Assembly (NCBI GenBank): GCA_973895155.1 | Contig: OZ316892.1 | Span: 16,978,357-17,042,356 of the forward strand | From: Marsupella aquatica | Lineage: Eukaryota > Plantae > Marchantiophyta | DNA: 64,000 bases | Reading direction: 5' to 3' | Shown here: piece by piece, positions 45,173 to 58,386 of the stretch | How the letters are laid out: each line of letters opens with the position of its first letter | Numbering within the stretch: position 1 is the first letter of the stretch | Position numbers and translations under genes: made by a program | Notes under the pieces: model-generated | Databases searched by the model: none | The model's input: only the letters and a program-made list of their open reading frames with translations | What the model was told of the DNA's origin: nothing

Positions 45173-45268
45173 TTCCACTCAGGTATTTGTCGTGTTGGAA
45201 ACCAAGTTCTCTTCAACGACCCAAGGGTCTCAAAGCGAGCTGGGGTTATGTGAGTCATCATAGTGGAA
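45173..45268 (-). ncRNA. box C/D snoRNA (U29/snR71-like D' guide)
   Basis: Stem TTCCAC/GTGGAA, C box ATGATGA, D' TTGA, D CTGA. CCCAGCTCGC pairs with LSU rRNA GUGAGCUGGG (one G-U), putting the +5 position on the A. Confidence 0.72.
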
Positions 45269-48200
45269 GAGACACATACTATTACACCTGATGACACAGA
45301 ATGGCTCAATAAAAAGTCGAACAGAGCTACTCCATACTTAAACTTCTCGCACAGTCATATGTAACTCCACAGGCCACAAGGCTAATCGGACGAATGGATG
45401 AGGTACCTAAAGTTTAGAACATTACAACCCATCTCTGGAGAACGACCAAAAGCTGTGAGCAAAGACAAGAGACGAAGGGCGTGACAAGGCTTGTGATATA
45501 ACAAGCCCTACTACTACAATCCCAGCATTGCTTCTACAACTAGGGGGTTCACAGATGAGATTGCGCGTCGATACCGAATTTACCTTCCCACCCTCTCATC
45601 GACAGTGGAACTTGTGAGTCCAGTCTACTGTCATCCCATTTTCTCTGATCGAGAGGCACAAGGCCATGTCGGGGTCCTGAGGCCGAGCCTCCAGTTCCTC
45701 ATGTGACTGAAAGAGGCGTTGCCGCCATCTTCCGTTACTAGATTCGTACTGAAGAAAAAGGGCAGCACACTAGCAAGGGTTCCCAGAAACCTAAAGCCGC
45801 CAATGGTGACAACATTGTAGGCCAAGGCAACCGCCTGCTATTGAAGCTCGTCGGCTACAAGAGAGCCGACGACTCAGCGAGAACACCTGAAGCGGGAGCA
45901 AAGAAAGAAGCTTCCAAATCGAACTAAATCTGCACACGGATGAAACAATTGCGATATTAGGGTTGAAGCTCGAGTCTCGACAAAGACGGCCGCCCGATCC
46001 CTTTTTTTCGTTTCCCTTGAAAGGAGCTTTGAAGGGAACGAAAAACCAAATAAAAACCAGGATTAACAATCCCCTCAAAAGGTCACAGGCCACAAATCAC
46101 TCGACGACCACATTCATTTAGTTAAGAGGGAAAAATGTAATACAAATAACTACAGGTGCAAGGTAACAGCAACTCTTACACCCCCAAAAAAAAAACCATC
46201 TATAAAACTACCAAAGTGAGGGCCGACATAGTCCACAGAATAGGAAGAGATCTAGCAGTAAGATGTGAGTCTTCCACCGGCTAAAATCCAAAAAGGATTA
46301 ATCATCTGTAAGAACAAAGAACAAAGAACAAAGAAAACTGATGCTAAAATTCTACGATCAGAGCAGTTGAGTGAATCTCATAAATGCAAACTCAATGAAA
46401 TCAAGGTGGGTCACAAGCCCACAGAGGACAGAGTTCCACCAAAACAACACCTTCCAGCATGGAATAAAGCCCTCCGTCGCGACCAAAGTCATGTTCCAGC
46501 TTAGCAATCAACCCCTGCAAGCAATCTCCACCCTTCTTTCAAAGGTCAAGTAAGCCTTTGTTTACACATAAGTTTCGTTCCAATGACCCTAATATGATCA
46601 AATTTCCAAAAATGACTACTGCAAAGACAACCACACCATCCCATCGCCTGAGGGCCTCTTTGCATGAGCTCAGCTAACTTTGACATTCAGTATGTCCCTC
46701 TATCTCTAATGGATCTGATTTGTTTGGGTTAGTTAGAAACTGCTTGGAAAGATCTTTGCAATGGGTCTAAAATTATTAAATTTCTTGGGAAGACATACAA
46801 ATAGACGATGATGATCTGATTTTTTTGTCACTTTGCTCTCAGTGGTGGAGTATGTACCACATATGAGGAGAAACTTGAGCTTCACTGCAGTCCATCCAAT
46901 TTATTTTTGGGGCAAATATGGAAATCCATCTGGGCTTCAATTTCCCCAAGATATGAGTGTAATATACTGTTCATATTTAGTTTAAGTCTGGGTCTTATAA
47001 TAAGTACCCATCGTTTACAAGAGCTTCAGACCCATTCAGATATGCTGTCTACCAACTTTATATTGCCAGCAATAGGTCTACATAAGGCCACTTTGTATGA
47101 CCTATGCCCAATCTTTGAGGCCCATTTCCTGGACCTGAAAGTTTTTTCATTGGCTCTCCCAAAAAGGCAAGTCCAATGAACCTTTGGCCTGTAGTCCATG
47201 GATAGTCACCCTTATATCTCCAAATCTTCAGGGAAGATCAAGTCTAAGTTTTCAGGAAGTTTTCCAACCCTCAACTTCAACTTGGTAGTGGATTGGACCT
47301 AAACCCTAAACCCTGCTTCCTTCACCCTAATGAGGGTGAGGGCTCGCTGGACCATCCACTCTGCTTCCTTCACCCTAAAGAGGGTGAGAGCTAGCGTGCA
47401 GGCTGATGGAATAAAACCCCTCACCCCATCACGTGGTATTGTTTGGGAGTTCCAAGCCCACAGAGCCTCCTTTATTTGACTGAGAAACGCTGCACATAAC
47501 TTGTCAAAGCTTGACACTATCTTCCTCAGATGGGAAACAACATTCTAGTCCATGTCCATAACCTATAAGTGAAAGGTTTCCTCGTTTTCTTTTTGAATGG
47601 CCAGATTAAAGCTAACAGAACTTTTGGGGCTGAGGGATGAGGCTGAGCTTATAGTGACCCTTGACAGACATGTGTGCTCAAAATGCGTTTGAGCCCCCAA
47701 GGTTAACCATTGACTGGATGATGGGCACTCACCTTCTTTCTATTGGGCAAAAGAAAAAAAACAGAGTAAGTGCATATATTTCTTATATTTAGGTGACACT
47801 AACTCATGAGTGTAGCCAACAAAATTAGTGTAGAAAACCCATCCCGCAAAAGATGAAGGGGCAGGGTTCTCCTACCGTGCCACTCTTCAAATGAGCCCCG
47901 ACATTGCATGAAATGTGGGCAAATCCAGCGATTGGTGTCTACAGTGAGTGTAGTCACTTGTTGCCATGATAGTTCTTCTCGAGTCCATGTGCAAGCGTGG
48001 TAGTTGTTTCCCAAATGATAGTGTTGAGCCCAAGTGAGCATTAGAGCCCCGATAGAAATCAAAGAGGGCAAGGGGGTGCGTGTATTGGGTGGAGGTTTCT
48101 TTCCTTATGATTGTATCTGCTGCGCTCGAAACCAGGACAACCACATAAGGATGAAACTAGAAATTTCACCGTCAGGAATGACCGCACTGCTAAACAGATC

Positions 48201-48672
48201 TAAACGAGTATCTCACCACGATCACAAGAGATCGAAGTGGTTTCTGCAGAATTTTCAAGGGGTGAAATCCATTACAGTACACAACCCAGAAAGTTCACAG
48301 TAAGGAGTGAACGCACTGCTAACAAAATCATAACGGGTTGACGTGGGTTCTGGAAAAATTCAAGAGGTGAAATCCACTACACAACCAGATGCGCATGTCA
48401 CCACAAAGTCCACCGTCAGGAATGAATGCACTGCTAACCTGATCTCACCTTGCCAAAGACTTCTCCACGAGGACTGGACCAACTACCAGTCGACGACAAA
48501 GAGGTCCATGTACTTTCACACTGACCTTGGAGCAAACAACACACGCTATCGTTCTACACATAAATAAAAACTCAAACTCCTTCACATGAACGTAAATCAA
48601 ATAATAGTGGTGCGAACCATGAACAAAATTTGAGGGCTCCAAGCCCATCCCACCCCTAGAAAAAACCAAGAC

Positions 48673-51600
48673 CTAAAAAGCTCTCTTTGTCCTGCCGACA
48701 ACCTTTCGAACCTCTATTTTGGGCTTCGGAGGGGAACTTGACCAAGTTGAACCTGCTACTGATTGGTAGGCATCCTTTAACTTGGGCAAGCTAATGAAGA
48801 TAATAATTACAGCAATACCTACCACCAAGGGGAGCACTGGAGCAGATGTCAGCTCCTGACCGTGAAGGTGCTCCTCGACTGTAAACGTAAGCGTTCCCAA
48901 GTGTACTTGACTGGCACTTTCCAAATCAACCTCAACGGCATCAGATACAAACTTATGGGTCTGGTTTGCTGATCCCAGCGCTAGTAACCTAACAGTATAC
49001 ATCCCCTTGGGTAAGCCCTGTACTTCGAAAAAGCTCGACATTGGTAATGGCACAGTTTGCCGCACTTTCACTGGTTCAATCGCTGACACAACCTCTATTA
49101 AAATATCAGGTTGCCATTTCTCCACGTTGGGACCCTCAACAGTTCCAGTCAATATGGTCGCAGGAGCTTCTTCAAAAATTACAAATTGAACTCCGCTTGT
49201 GTCATTCTCTGTGACCTTTAGGGTAACTGAACCTGGAGAAGACCTTTCCATTTTCACTGGGCTCCCTTCCTTAATAAGAGGCCTAATGGTGTAGATAGTA
49301 TCTGGTAATAGCCCCCTCAGTCGATACTTCCCTTCAGAGTCAGAGACGGTTCCTTCATAATATCCTTTGTCAGACCGTGCTTCCAAGGACACTCCTTCCT
49401 CAGGTCTTCCCGAGAGCGACGTGACTGTTCCCAAGACACTGTACGCAAAGCGTTGTGCACTGAATGTTACCTCTTTGATTTCTCCAGAACCCACCTCAAT
49501 GGCTTGTGCTGATGGTGAAAATGTGTATTCTTTCAAGAGAGGTCGCAAGTAGAAACTTCCAGGAAAGAGGTTTTCAAAGACAAACGCTCCTCCACTTCCA
49601 GTAGCAGCATTCTTCCGGTAGCCGTCATCACCACTTAGTGAGAGTAGAACAGCAGGCAGGAATTCCTCTGCGCCCTCACCTGGAATGATGTTCACAACGA
49701 TCTCACCAAGCTTCTGGACAGAGAATACATTGTTCCCGATTGACTTCAGATAAAATCCTTCCTTCGTAGCTTGTACAGAGTATCCTGTGTCATCATATAA
49801 AGGACCAGCACGGAAGGTACCATCATCGCCACTAACGGTCCACAAGGCTATGTCACCTGACTTCAAACCCCCAGCTTCACTATCCTTTTCGGGTGATATG
49901 GTGATATTCACTCCCGCAAGAGGAGGGATCACACTGCCCGCTATGTACACTCCAGGACGACCATTGAATAGAGGAATTTCTGGTTGACAACTATCTGTTT
50001 CCACATAGACCTTCTGATACTTGGGATAAACCAACACTTTTTGGCCTTCAATGGATGACCCCCCAATGTGCCTTGGCGAGAATACTAGTTTATCACCGAG
50101 CTGTGCCCAATGTGCATACTTGTACACTGCAACTGGATGGGTTGCATTTGCTTCTGAAGCAAGATGCACGCCAACTTCAAGAGACGTCCCATCTTCTTTC
50201 CTGATGTCTACAAATAGGGAGTCACCAAAACTATTTGGATCAAAATGAGATTTTGAATCAATGTGGATATGTCCTGTCAACACATACTTTTGGCCAACCA
50301 AATGGAGTGGCCTCGGGTGAGATGTGTCCAACTGGAAAGATAGAGCTCCAAAGAAAACACATGGCCAGAGGAAACTCAATTCATATACGCCTGGAGACTC
50401 CAAGCTCACCTCTTGCCAGCCCTTCTCAATCTGTAGTGGCAAGGCTTCTTTGCTTCCAAGCAAGGTAAATGCTCTGGCAGCGTGTGTTGAATGGACACGC
50501 ACGAGATACCCCTTTTGAGCAAACATCAACCCAGCCACATCTTCAGTACCTACGTCAACTTCCAAGGTCTTTTGCTCCCAGGACCAGTCATCGTCCCAAA
50601 ATGCACCCTCAGTCACAGGCTCATGCCGAATCTCAAGAAGATATTTACCGGGCAGAACTTTCTTGAATGAAAACTCACCCCCTTCCATGGCAACACTGGT
50701 TTTCTGCATCCTGCTAGTATCCATGCTTAAGGGTCTCAGTTTAATCGTCACCAGAGGAGAAGACGGACCTTTGAATTTAACCACACCAGAAATGCTCACT
50801 TGGGCCTGACTAAAATTGGCATCCAAAACTGGTCGATTGACGGTAATCTCCAAATGAGACGGTGTAAACAAAAGACCAGTCTTGATTTCTGCCTGAGTTG
50901 TCAAAGGTGAAAGAAGATAATCTCCAGGGGGAACCTCAAAGCAAAATGAACCATCTTCGTTTGCTCGCTTAGTTTGCGGTTTTGCCGGGCCATGAGTAAG
51001 TGCAACCTGGCGCTTGCCAGCTTGTGCAGGGGTTATGACATTGATAGATCCACAAACTGCATATTGCGTTGCTTTGATCTCTGGAACAGACGGCATGTTA
51101 GGAAGGACCTTTAAGTTTTCCAACGAGCTAAACTTGTAATTAGCTTTGCTTGCCTTGATTGTGTAATGTGTAGAAGTAACTTGATCAAGCTTGTAAAACC
51201 CTTGAGCGTCAGTAGTCGCACGCTCCACATCCTCAATCAATATTTTCACTCCTTCTACACCGGAACCCTGAGTGTCCACCACACGACCTCCAATTGAAAA
51301 TCCAGTAACCTGGAAAGGCTTTGCAATTTCCACAGAATCATGATCAACAGTTATGTCAACCGAAGATGGTGAGACGTCAAAAATTGTATTTTCTCCCTGA
51401 TAAAAAGGCACCAGCTTGTACTTTCCGCATGGAACTGCAGAAAATGTGAACCTCCCTTCCCCATCTGACGAAACCTGGCAGAGAGCTTGTTTCGGCAGTG
51501 GGCTAGATGTCCCTGGACCTTGTGGACAGGGAATGGCAGCAACATCGTCAGAGTAGATATAAAACTGAACACCCAAAACAGGATTACCTTGTGATGAGAC

Positions 51601-52317
51601 AGATCCCTCAACACCATACCCAGCAACGCAGAAAACATCCTCAATCGCACCGTCGCCCCACCCGAGCTCCACTACGGCCGAACCCGTCAAGTCAACAGCC
51701 CATTTGGGATGGGATGCAGAAATAAAGTACTTTCCAGGCGGCAGATTCACAAACTCATAGCCACCTCCTGGCGAAGTGGTCACAGAGTACACATTCCCAC
51801 TTTCTTTGCCTTCTTTGAGTGGAGAAAGACTAACTTCGACACCAGCAGGACCTTCTGTCTTGCCTTTGCTCAGTACCTTTCCAAAGAGAGTAAATCCGGT
51901 GTATCGAAAATTGATATCCTCATTCTCGTTGCAGCTGTTCTGATCCACCACAACCGTGACCTCTTTAGGTTCAAACGACCAACCCTCCGGGCCCTTGATC
52001 TTGATGACAAAAGTGCCCCGGTCGTACACGGGAAGGAAGTAGTAGCCATTCGGTGCACAGTGCGTCCTGTCCTTGACTAGGCCGTCCAACGTATGGAGCT
52101 CCACAGTCATGTACGAGTAGTCCAGCTTCGGATCCGTGGGTTTGCGCAATTCAGCCAGGCTCGCGCTTGCCTCCACAAAACCTCCGCATCCTTGAATAGA
52201 ATCGGTAGCACCTACGAGATCGGCGGCAGACACGACTAAGATAAGGAGGACACCGACGACGAGGGGGAGGAGGCTTGCCAGGAAGAGGCTCCGGCTGCAG
52301 ACCGGAGTCCCTTTCAT
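48673..52317 (-). CDS. NOMO: Nodal modulator (NOMO)-like ER type I membrane protein, 1214 aa, single exon
   Basis: Signal-peptide-like N-terminus, GCGGFV..CAPNGYYFLPVYD, repeated beta-sandwich (prealbumin/CnaB-like) segments, and a C-terminal TM helix (VLPLVVGIAVIIIFISL) with a basic tail. Confidence 0.92.
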   Translation of the reverse strand: MKGTPVCSRSLFLASLLPLVVGVLLILVVSAADLVGATDSIQGCGGFVEASASLAELRKPTDPKLDYSYMTVELHTLDGLVKDRTHCAPNGYYFLPVYDRGTFVIKIKGPEGWSFEPKEVTVVVDQNSCNENEDINFRYTGFTLFGKVLSKGKTEGPAGVEVSLSPLKEGKESGNVYSVTTSPGGGYEFVNLPPGKYFISASHPKWAVDLTGSAVVELGWGDGAIEDVFCVAGYGVEGSVSSQGNPVLGVQFYIYSDDVAAIPCPQGPGTSSPLPKQALCQVSSDGEGRFTFSAVPCGKYKLVPFYQGENTIFDVSPSSVDITVDHDSVEIAKPFQVTGFSIGGRVVDTQGSGVEGVKILIEDVERATTDAQGFYKLDQVTSTHYTIKASKANYKFSSLENLKVLPNMPSVPEIKATQYAVCGSINVITPAQAGKRQVALTHGPAKPQTKRANEDGSFCFEVPPGDYLLSPLTTQAEIKTGLLFTPSHLEITVNRPVLDANFSQAQVSISGVVKFKGPSSPLVTIKLRPLSMDTSRMQKTSVAMEGGEFSFKKVLPGKYLLEIRHEPVTEGAFWDDDWSWEQKTLEVDVGTEDVAGLMFAQKGYLVRVHSTHAARAFTLLGSKEALPLQIEKGWQEVSLESPGVYELSFLWPCVFFGALSFQLDTSHPRPLHLVGQKYVLTGHIHIDSKSHFDPNSFGDSLFVDIRKEDGTSLEVGVHLASEANATHPVAVYKYAHWAQLGDKLVFSPRHIGGSSIEGQKVLVYPKYQKVYVETDSCQPEIPLFNGRPGVYIAGSVIPPLAGVNITISPEKDSEAGGLKSGDIALWTVSGDDGTFRAGPLYDDTGYSVQATKEGFYLKSIGNNVFSVQKLGEIVVNIIPGEGAEEFLPAVLLSLSGDDGYRKNAATGSGGAFVFENLFPGSFYLRPLLKEYTFSPSAQAIEVGSGEIKEVTFSAQRFAYSVLGTVTSLSGRPEEGVSLEARSDKGYYEGTVSDSEGKYRLRGLLPDTIYTIRPLIKEGSPVKMERSSPGSVTLKVTENDTSGVQFVIFEEAPATILTGTVEGPNVEKWQPDILIEVVSAIEPVKVRQTVPLPMSSFFEVQGLPKGMYTVRLLALGSANQTHKFVSDAVEVDLESASQVHLGTLTFTVEEHLHGQELTSAPVLPLVVGIAVIIIFISLPKLKDAYQSVAGSTWSSSPPKPKIEVRKVVGRTKRAF

Positions 52318-55300
52318 CGTTCCCCACGATTTGATTATCTTGCGTTCTCCTCCGGCGCCACCGCAATTCGGGTTCCTTCCTGTTCTCGGCGTTTTACAAT
52401 TGCCGAAGCTGCTGCTGCTGAACGGGCATCATCGCGACTTCGACTTCGATGCAATTTTCTTTCTGCTGGTCAAGTCGAGGAGTCGTCGAGGAGTCGACTA
52501 GAGTAGAGAATCCTTTTCCCTCATTCCTTCTCTTTCCTGCTGTACAGTACCGATACAGTACTGATGCTCGTTTTAGTAGTAGAAAACTCCTCGTCGGTAT
52601 GCCGGCAGGAAAGCAAGCCTCCAATAGGCACTAACGTGTAGGGTGACCGAGGGCCTGGCCTGGCCTGGAGGGGGTTATGGGCCTATAATAATACACCTTT
52701 ACTTGTGTTTGTCACCCATGACCCATGGTCTGGTCTGGAGGGGCCCAGAATTCTCTTAAATGTAGGGGTAACCAATGGCCTGGTCTGGAGGGGTTTATGA
52801 GCTGTAAACCCCTTATGTGTAGTGGTACGGGCTGTGTTCCATTTGCCCTTGGGCACAGTAAACCCCCTTCCATCCACCCCCTGTTGGGCGATCCCTCCCT
52901 CTTATGTCCTTTGGGTTGCATAGTCATTCCTCACCCCCGAAAGGCAGGTTTTGAGGTGAGGGTCCACCAGCTCCACACGATGGTCACTCGGGATTGACTG
53001 GCAACTTCTCGCTTTTCTTGACTGGGTCCAATCCTTGTTTCGACCTTTGTAGTTCTTTCCCCTTTAAGTTTCAGTTTTATTGATCAATGCCAGGCAGTCA
53101 TACAAGCAATTGTCATTGCAAGCACTTTGGAGGCAGATTTGAGGAAGAGTGTTGAGTTTCCTGTGCTCTTGGCAAATGTTAGTCAAAGGAGAATCTATTT
53201 TTGTTTTGCCCTTTTCATCGTTTTCTTGATACAACGTGAATCAAGCTCGCACTCATCTTGTGATTCGATTTGCAGTGATCGACAATTGAATCAATCCCAG
53301 CTGGTTAAGATCGGGTACCCTCATTTTGGAAACCATCGCTGTTTGCTTTTGTCATCGGTCTATGCGGGATTTGAGGAGTTAAATCCAATCCAAGCGTGCT
53401 CAACACTAGAGAGCCAAATCTTTCCTTTCTCTGGTCAAGAACTTTGCAGTTGAAGGGTATTATGCGTACCGATTCTTCTGACATCACCTTTGAGCAATGA
53501 CCGTCTGGTTATTTGCAGGCTGGTGGTAGATCTCAAACCAGATTAGACACTAGCTTTTACTGTGTATGTTAGAGTGAAATTCTTTATTATTCATAGGAAT
53601 TGAAGACTACAGGGTGAAAGGTTGAAACTTCTCATACATGGAGATACTCGATGGACCCATGAGTGATCCAGACAGTTGATAGATCTCAAATCAATGTACC
53701 CAAAAGCTCATGGGGTCTCATGGGGTCTATCAAGTAAGGCATTTCAATTTAGGGGTCCATCAAGTAGATATTTCCTTCTCATATATGATTTATTGGAGTA
53801 TTTCGTTGTGTGCAGTCCTCAAGGAAACTTTGTGGTCAGATTGATTCTTGTCAATTGGGATCTTTCTCCTTTCATGGGATTTTGTCAAATGCCCTTGTGA
53901 TCTGCCCACCCAAGCTTAGGCAAAGTTTTACACCTAGAGATCAAGGACTCAAACAAGGCTAGGACACAAAGCACAATGTAACAGGAAGAGAATTCTACAG
54001 ACCAAGTCAGGACGAGTAAGAAGATACTAGAAGAACATTTTTCCCTGATCAGTTTGTTTTCAAGATCACTCTCACTGTCGGAACCCTCATTCACTTCAAT
54101 AGAAGATGCATTAAATCATTTGAAGTGCATGCGCTCTCTCTTGGATGATATGGATGCAAGCAATGTAATAAATGCTTGTCATGTCAAGAACAATTCAGTT
54201 GAATATGTCATGATCAAGCTCAGGGGCACTTGTTGCAGAAGCACTGTGGTGTCTATTATTGTTCTGAGAAGCAAGGGTGAAGACACTACTAGAACAAAAT
54301 CAGTTGACAGGATTTGACAAGATGAGACAAAGTAAGCTCATAGAGAAAGGTGCAGTATTTGGTGCAATCAAAAGGCAATGGGTTCAATGTCTGCATATTT
54401 GCTTATAAAAAAACTTGGTGGGAAACTTAACAAGTGATTACAATGGAAACTTTTCTGAAGCGTTGTAGTAGATTTAGCAGCCATATGATATCACTTCTCT
54501 GAGTACATTGACTAGAGAAGTAAGGAGCTAGACATTAAAAAAGTAGCTTCATACTACCCTTCTTAAGGGCAATATAAGACATGATATATGCAGTTCCAAA
54601 TTATACTTTTGGGCTCGGTGAAACTTATTTCCAAGATTGCAAGTAATGCTAGCAAATTTCTATGGAAATGATAACAACTAATGGACTCGGCTGCTTGTAA
54701 AACCTGTCTTTTGCATTGAAGAGGTTCTATTGTGCATGCGTGATTACTCGTCCATTGGACATGAGCAAGTTTGTCATTTGTTTGGCAATAAAGATTCTGT
54801 TGTTGTTGTTACTGGGTTTGACCTCACCCTAATGCTTTTCGCTAATTTCTTCAGCTTAGGGAGCTTATTGGTTCCGTTGTTCCTATTTCATGAGTTCAAA
54901 AGGAGAGTATTTGCAATTCTTTTGGAGCTTATTTTCTACACATCCTAGTTTTGATAGGCAATGTAATAAGAACCTATCTTATGACGGTTCCCAGGAGACT
55001 AAGGAGTTGTCTAGATGGAGCAGATTGTATCGAGTATTTTAGTGTCAACCTTGGAAGGAGTTCTTCTCATCGATTGCCAATGTCCAATTTAAACTTGTTC
55101 TGAAGATGAACTCGGGGGTTTCACTTCCACAAAAATGGCATATCACGTGCGACAAAGGATAGGGTCATTTTATTGGTTGTAAGGGAAGACTTAAGAATTT
55201 TTGTAGAAGAACAATAGGGTATTTTAAATTCAATTTTGAGACTTATAAGAACATTAGGGCCTTTTTAATCCAATTTTTGGAATATTCCAAGAATATTCCA

Positions 55301-58300
55301 ACTTTATAGGGGTTAAAAAATGATATTTTTTTCTTACATTTGAGGGGGTCCAAGGCCTAAAAACGTCGCAGGTGATGGGGAGGTCCCCATGTAGTGAGAC
55401 CCCCGAGAAGATGAATGCCAAGCTCCCATGCAAATGTTGGTACCAAATCTACTTTGTAACTAATCCTCGGACATTTTAGTTCCAACATGTTGATATTTTA
55501 CAGAAAATCCCATGGACCATAAGGAACTTGATACAATTTTGAGTGTTCGTTACCCAAGCACTGCCCTTAGAACCAAAATGAAGTTGTGGAGCTGGGCTTT
55601 TATAGAGGTCCTGATGTGTCCTGACAACACATGTTCAGGTTATCAACGGTATCAAGCATAGAAATGGCACATTCTCCTTACGCACAAGCCTGGCACACAA
55701 GCACAACCTGACCTTATGATAAAGAAAGTTGAAGAAGTTAGTTCATTACCTGAACGTAACCATTACTAATAAACCGTGTAATAAACTCTAGAAAATATTG
55801 AGCATATTTTACGTTTGCTGTTAATTTGCGCTCCATCCATTCAATACAGGTTGATTTGCTCCAGTGGGAGTTGCTTAGGGTAAACACCTGACAACAACCG
55901 GATCTCAACTGTGCCTTACAAGTCATGAGTGCTACTGAAAATGAGATGACTTCCAGCTTGCAACCGGGTTGCAACCGTGACTTGATCCAAAAGCATCACA
56001 ATCTTTGCAAGTGACATCCATGATCACACTTTCGATCATGCCCTTATTGAGAATATGTGCAATTGACAGCAAGATTTCCTGGGCACAAGAACTCAAGGTG
56101 CAAGATGAGAAAACTGACATTGAAAGGGACAATTGTTGTCAAAGCTCTGTCGAACTAATGCATGCTTGAATAACCAGACCAAACATTTGTCTAAGTAGAC
56201 TATGAAGAAAATTGGTGTGAGCACGGATTTAATAAGTGAGTCCGTATCTCTCAAACTATGCGAGCCAGATGCTCTCCATACTCTTCCTTAGAGGACCATT
56301 TTGGGATCAAGATGCGAACAACAAAGGAAGCTGCCATGACTCCTACTTCACGCTAATATTGTGGCCAGTGCTACATAGCCAACTGTGTGTGCCGGCCCAA
56401 AATAACACACAATCATGTAATTGACTGAAGCTCACCTTCCACTGAAACTCAGATGTACTTGAGGCATCCTGCAAATGTTGCAGAGTGGACACAAGTAAGT
56501 ATAAAGCATCTAAAGTACACAAAAGGTTCTACGTCTGTCAAAAAACTTGTAGTCAACAGTATTCCTTGAGCCTGCAGACTGCCGGTGGCCACTACCTTAG
56601 AGTTACCTTGGGAATTGTGCATGACATTTGGAAGGGACAAATTCAAAGTCTGAAGGCCCTGTGCTTCAACAATTTCAGGTGTAAAGTTAGATATGGCCTT
56701 GCTTGTCTGTTGTATATACACTCTATACGTGCCTATTCTTCAAAGCAAAGTTCCAGCTCAATTTATGAGGGCAAACCTCAACTCAATCTCAAGTGTTGCT
56801 TTGGTTGCACAATCATGGCTCTTTGTCAAACTGTATATGAAGTCTAGCAATCCATGGTGGCTTGATAAAAAAATGTCTACGGCCCTTACTAGCCATTTTG
56901 AACGTTGACCCACAATGGTCCCCAATGACCCCTTCTCAAACCATGTACCCCCTGGGTTGTGCTGACCCAAGACTTGGGTTTCAGTCCCCAAATCAGACTG
57001 GAATTTTGTAGGCCGGTGTGGGATGCTGTCGCAACAGGTGTTGCAAATTCATCACAATAACTCTTTAGTCCAAGAAGGCAGGTTAAACCTCAACTTTATG
57101 TGTAAGAGCTGCCGGTAACTCGGAGCCCTCATTCTATACAATCACATTCACAGAGGGATGGACAAGAGTGTTGCTTCAAGAGTTTAATTTGCCTTTTGCT
57201 TGCAATTTCACATTTTTTGTCAGCCTACAAGCATGAATGAACAGTAGCCAGGCATGGAAGGGGGCCCTTTTATATGGGCAGGTGTGGTTTAACAAAGGCG
57301 GTCTTGAGTAGTTTCTAGTGGCACCATGATGAGCTCCTGATTGATGTGAACAAAATGCCATTCCTAACATTGGCAACGGAGTCCCAGGTTTGAAGTTGTG
57401 GTCCCCACTAGATACAGGTTGGGGGCCAGAACAAGGGCCAGAAATATGAGACCAAAGCTAGTCCACGGGTCGCGGGTCTCAAAGAAACCAATGTAAAGTG
57501 AATATACGTTCTAAGAACCCTCACAAGCCATCGAGTTGTAATCAGTTTGAGATCCGTTGCTACTCTCACTAGGCCAAGGGACAAAGCGTAGCGCAAGAGT
57601 GTTGATGCATACAGGCCCCAATACAGGAAGACCATAAGGGAGGTTGGTTGACTTCCAACTTGTGGTGCACCCCGATTGAGGTGCGTGGCCTCGGCATGCC
57701 ATTTCCATTGATTGGGCAATCATTGCTGCCCGTGGGCAATGGACCATAGCTCAAGATGGGCAAGTGACCCGGGAAGTGACCTCAAGAAGCTAGTGGATGC
57801 ATTGCAAAGTGGGTGACAAGGGCTATGAAGGGAGAAAGTCAGTAGCTAGACCCCAGGTTGGGGTTGAGATGCCATATTCTTTACCCTATCACCACAATCG
57901 TGTGACAAAATAAAGCTTCCAATTCAGATGTAGTCCCCTAGTGGGAATGATGTGAGAGGTAGGGTTCCATGGGCAGGAAACAAGGTACTATATTTAAAGA
58001 ATAATCACAACTCACTCTACACTATCTTACAAAGAGAGAGGATACAATGAACATCAACTTTTGTGCAATACTTTCTCTACTTCAAGTGTAATGGCATCAA
58101 GTACTCTTTGACATGCTCAATTGCAAGTATTACACAAGAGATTGATGTTGTGCACGCTGGTGTGCAATATCCAATAGTTGGATATACTCTATCCATTATG
58201 ACCATGCATTTCTTGATAAAGGAAACTTGCAGTACTTTCAACACACTGCCCATATAAAAGCCCCATTCCCTCCCTCGCTACTCCTCATTCTTGTCCTATG

Positions 58301-58342
58301 CACTCACCACCTTTTCTGAATCTATGCATTTTATAATGAGAG

Positions 58343-58386
58343 CTATGGGTAACCCGTAGTTTGTTATAGTGGCAGTTGTGATTTAA
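58343..58386. mobile_element. orphan Kolobok-like terminus
   Basis: CTATGGGTAACCCGTAG...AGTGGCAGTTGTGAT|TTAA, closely matching the copy 2 end (28705-28747). Confidence 0.55.

Noticed and set aside
45950-45970. Telomerase RNA template (CAACCCTAA)
   Set aside because: No USE/TATA type-3 promoter seen upstream; better explained as a telo-box of the snoRNA host.
47299-47315. CTAAACCCTAAACCCT interstitial telomere-like repeat
   Set aside because: Only about two units, with no associated structure.
49007-52080. Short + strand ORFs overlapping NOMO (likewise those antisense to pol, gag and SAPS)
   Set aside because: Antisense shadows of long real ORFs with no independent evidence.
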